From Chrysomallon squamiferum (lineage: Eukaryota; Animalia; Mollusca), in the NCBI GenBank assembly GCA_012295275.1, contig CM022665.1:16926001-16990000 (forward strand): 64,000 nucleotides of DNA. Reading direction: 5' to 3'. Both the position numbers and the translations under genes were made by a program. This document shows positions 61,072 to 64,000 of this stretch, piece by piece. The number at the start of each line of letters is the position of its first letter. Positions within the stretch are counted from its first letter, which is position 1. Below the pieces are notes generated by a model. It was not told the DNA's origin, ran no database searches, and worked only from the letters and a program-made list of their open reading frames with translations.

Positions 61072-63708
61072 TACTACTACTACTTCTAATATCATCATCA
61101 TTTCTTCTTCTCTAATTTCTTCATTGAAAACTGATAATACTGATTTAGAAAGTAATAATTTTTCAAACTTTATTCAGATAAATTACTGATATCTTTCAAT
61201 ACCAGTTTAATTCTAGGTTAAATAGTAGGTTTTTTTTTGTTTTTGTTTTGTTTTTTATCAATCACGTAGAAGATTTTTATGGTACATTCAGGCTTTGAAA
61301 TAGAAATGTATTTTAACATAAACACACACCACACATACACACATACACACACACACACACACACACAGAGCTTGTTTACTACCAAGACACATCGTCACCA
61401 GCTACTAAATATAGTATTTTACCAAGAAGACGTCAGATTCTCAGAAATTAAGTCTCACACTTAACAAGTTTCCAGTGACACTGTAGACAGAGTGTGTGAA
61501 CTAATCATGAAAATCAAATAACACAGCTAGAAATAAAGTGATGAACTTCAGAGGCAGTTATTTTCAAATCTCTTGAGAGTACCAGTATTTCCCATCTCAA
61601 TGAGTCACAGATGATGTTGAGATAAATAGACATTTTTGATTGGTAAATGTTCAAAGAATTTTTTGAAAATTACAGTTTTATTATTAAAATTTAAAAGGTG
61701 ATATTTGAATACCCTTCATTTGTCAATGAGGGAATCTTATTGTAGAGTACTGAATTTTACTTCTTTTTTATTTTTATTTTTATTTTTTTTTAATTCCCTG
61801 TTGCTTTCCCCTGATGGAAAAAAAAAAATATATATATAACAATTGCAAAATGGTATTTCATTTCACTAAAAAGCGATAGATTATATCATGTAGCTTCTTA
61901 CACATGGCTTTGAATATCTTTTTTTTGAGGGGGGGGTTGTGTGTGTGATTTTTTTTCAAACTTAATTTTTTTTTTTTTTTTTTCGAATAAATTCTGTATT
62001 GTGACAGATGTTTGTATACACAGCAAAAATAATAAGAATTTGAAGTTTAAATTGTAGTTGGTTTATGATACTTAAGGATAAAAAGGTGTTATTTTTTATT
62101 TTTTATTATTGTTGTTGTTATTATTTTAATATTACATTTTTTACCAGTTTGATTGTTTTCTATTTATCAATATGTTTTTGATGTTGTTCATTATTACTAC
62201 AGATTATTATTAATGTTTACATTTTTTAACATTTGTTATTGAATTGTTGTTGCTGGAATTTCTTTTTGTTAGAATTTTATTTTTTATTTTAGCTTAATTT
62301 GTGTTGGCTTATTAATGTTCATCCATATAAGTAAAAAGTGTGTGTTAACTATACCTGTATGAACATGCTGTTAATTTAATTTAATTTTATTTTATAAATC
62401 GTTATCCATTTTATGTAAAAGTTGTGTCATTTAGCTTTGGCTGAGACAAATATGCCAGTATGATATTCACAACTGTTTTTTTTTCTTTTTTCTGCTTTAC
62501 ATTTGAAAATCTGTGAATCATTTTCTGTGATATTACAATAATAAAAAAAAAAAAAAAAAAAAAAAATCAGAAGCCAAAAAATGAAACAGCAAAAATATTC
62601 CTGAATCAAAACTTTGTTTCATTTTATTTATATCATTAATTAGTCATATTGACTTACTTTTCACAACAAGCATATATCATTATCTAATTAACATCGTCAA
62701 AACTGCAGGTAATTTGGTATTTTGAAAGCTCATTCTTTTTTTTCTTGTTTCTTTTTTTTTGATATTTGAATTAATATTGTAGAAATAAATTTAGTTTGAT
62801 GTATATATATTTTTTTAATACTTGGATTAATATTATAATCTTTTATTCTGACATCAGTTTTCATATTAAACTGAATACTGTCACCAGATAGCCTATGTAC
62901 TTTATGCTGATGAAAGTAAAATATTGTTCATTTTCTAGATATGACATTTTTCTTTTTTTCTTCATTACAAATTTGTTTTAAATATTAGTTAGTGAGACCA
63001 AAAATAAAAGCACATGATTTTTAAAGCTGTTTATTTATTTATTTATTTTTATCTTTGGAATCTCATATTTTATAATTTCCCTTATTTTTTAATTTGTATC
63101 TTATAAATTTATGATTTTTTTGTTTGTTTTGTTTTTTTCAATAATTTTGTCTCAATATTTTAGTGCTGTGTGTGATTTTTCTAAGACTTTTTTTTTCAAA
63201 GATCTGAACATTCCATTAATTTGTTAAAACAGTTAATAAATAATTTGAAAAATCAAAACACAAAGACTTCTCATTCTCCGTCCATCTATACATTTTAAAA
63301 TCATCTTTGCATCTCCACAACAATTTGTTACAGTTTATAATATTTATAAAGAGCACTTTGCCATCTAAAGTATGTCACCAAAAACAACCTTGTTTGAATA
63401 AAACAAAAAAATCCATGTTTGTATGTATTATTTGAATCCCCAGACTTAATTAAATTCAACAAAAGAACTTTGTTTATATTATATTAATAATGCAATTAGT
63501 TTTAAAATAATATTCCTGAACATTTGTGTATGGAGAATATTAAATATCAACTTGTTTAAATTCACTAAATGAAACTTTATATATAGTAAAGTAATGAACA
63601 GTAAAAATCTTTCAAATTCTTTTAGGATTTTTTTTATTACAGTTAAGATGTTTTCATAGTGCAGTGTTGGATGTTCAGACTGAACTGAAAAAGCAAATTT
63701 TCATTTTA

Positions 63709-63751
<43 letters not shown>

Positions 63752-64000
63752 TTATCTCTTTTAGTGTCAGTATTTTTTAAACATAATCTTCAAATCCTGT
63801 TATGTCCATTAAACAATAATCTTAAATATAAATATATTTTCTTCTGGATGAATTTTATGATTTCATGAACACAGCTGATATTGTATTTTTATTTGTTGCC
63901 TCATCATCTTCATTTTGTTTTTTTGTTTATTTTTCCCACCTGAACAATAAATAGTAATTTTGTTTACTTTTTACTGTATAATTTCAATACCTTTACATAA

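Noticed and set aside
25320-62609. Numerous 60-130-aa ORFs rich in I/Y/F/C/V/H/T
   Set aside because: Translations of microsatellites and AT-rich low-complexity DNA.

Overview
AT-rich, microsatellite-rich eukaryotic (invertebrate, probably molluscan - inference) genomic DNA; nothing prokaryotic is visible. Three genes can be reconstructed by eye. (1) A 13-exon ACTR10/Arp11 (dynactin) locus on the minus strand (1427-9934). It has a U12-type intron but also two +1 frameshifts and CpG-decay changes at conserved arginines, and it is bracketed by a diverged direct repeat, so it is probably a decaying tandem duplicate. (2) An intact 16-exon MCM5 on the minus strand (11169-20027), with tandem E2F sites and a GC-AG intron. 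(3) A plus-strand axotactin/neurexin-superfamily receptor whose whole 1877-aa ORF lies in one 5.6-kb exon (50655-56288), probably preceded by ~27 kb of 5'-UTR intron sequence from a CpG-rich region near 20-24 kb. The introns carry Tigger/pogo, Penelope-like and other decayed transposon remnants plus several minisatellites, one of which multiplies an RFX X-box-like motif. I found no clearly new biological system. The best leads are the intronless axotactin-like gene, the duplicated/decaying ACTR10, and the inverted transposon pair enclosing five ACTR10 exons. Family assignments rest on remembered sequences, not database searches.
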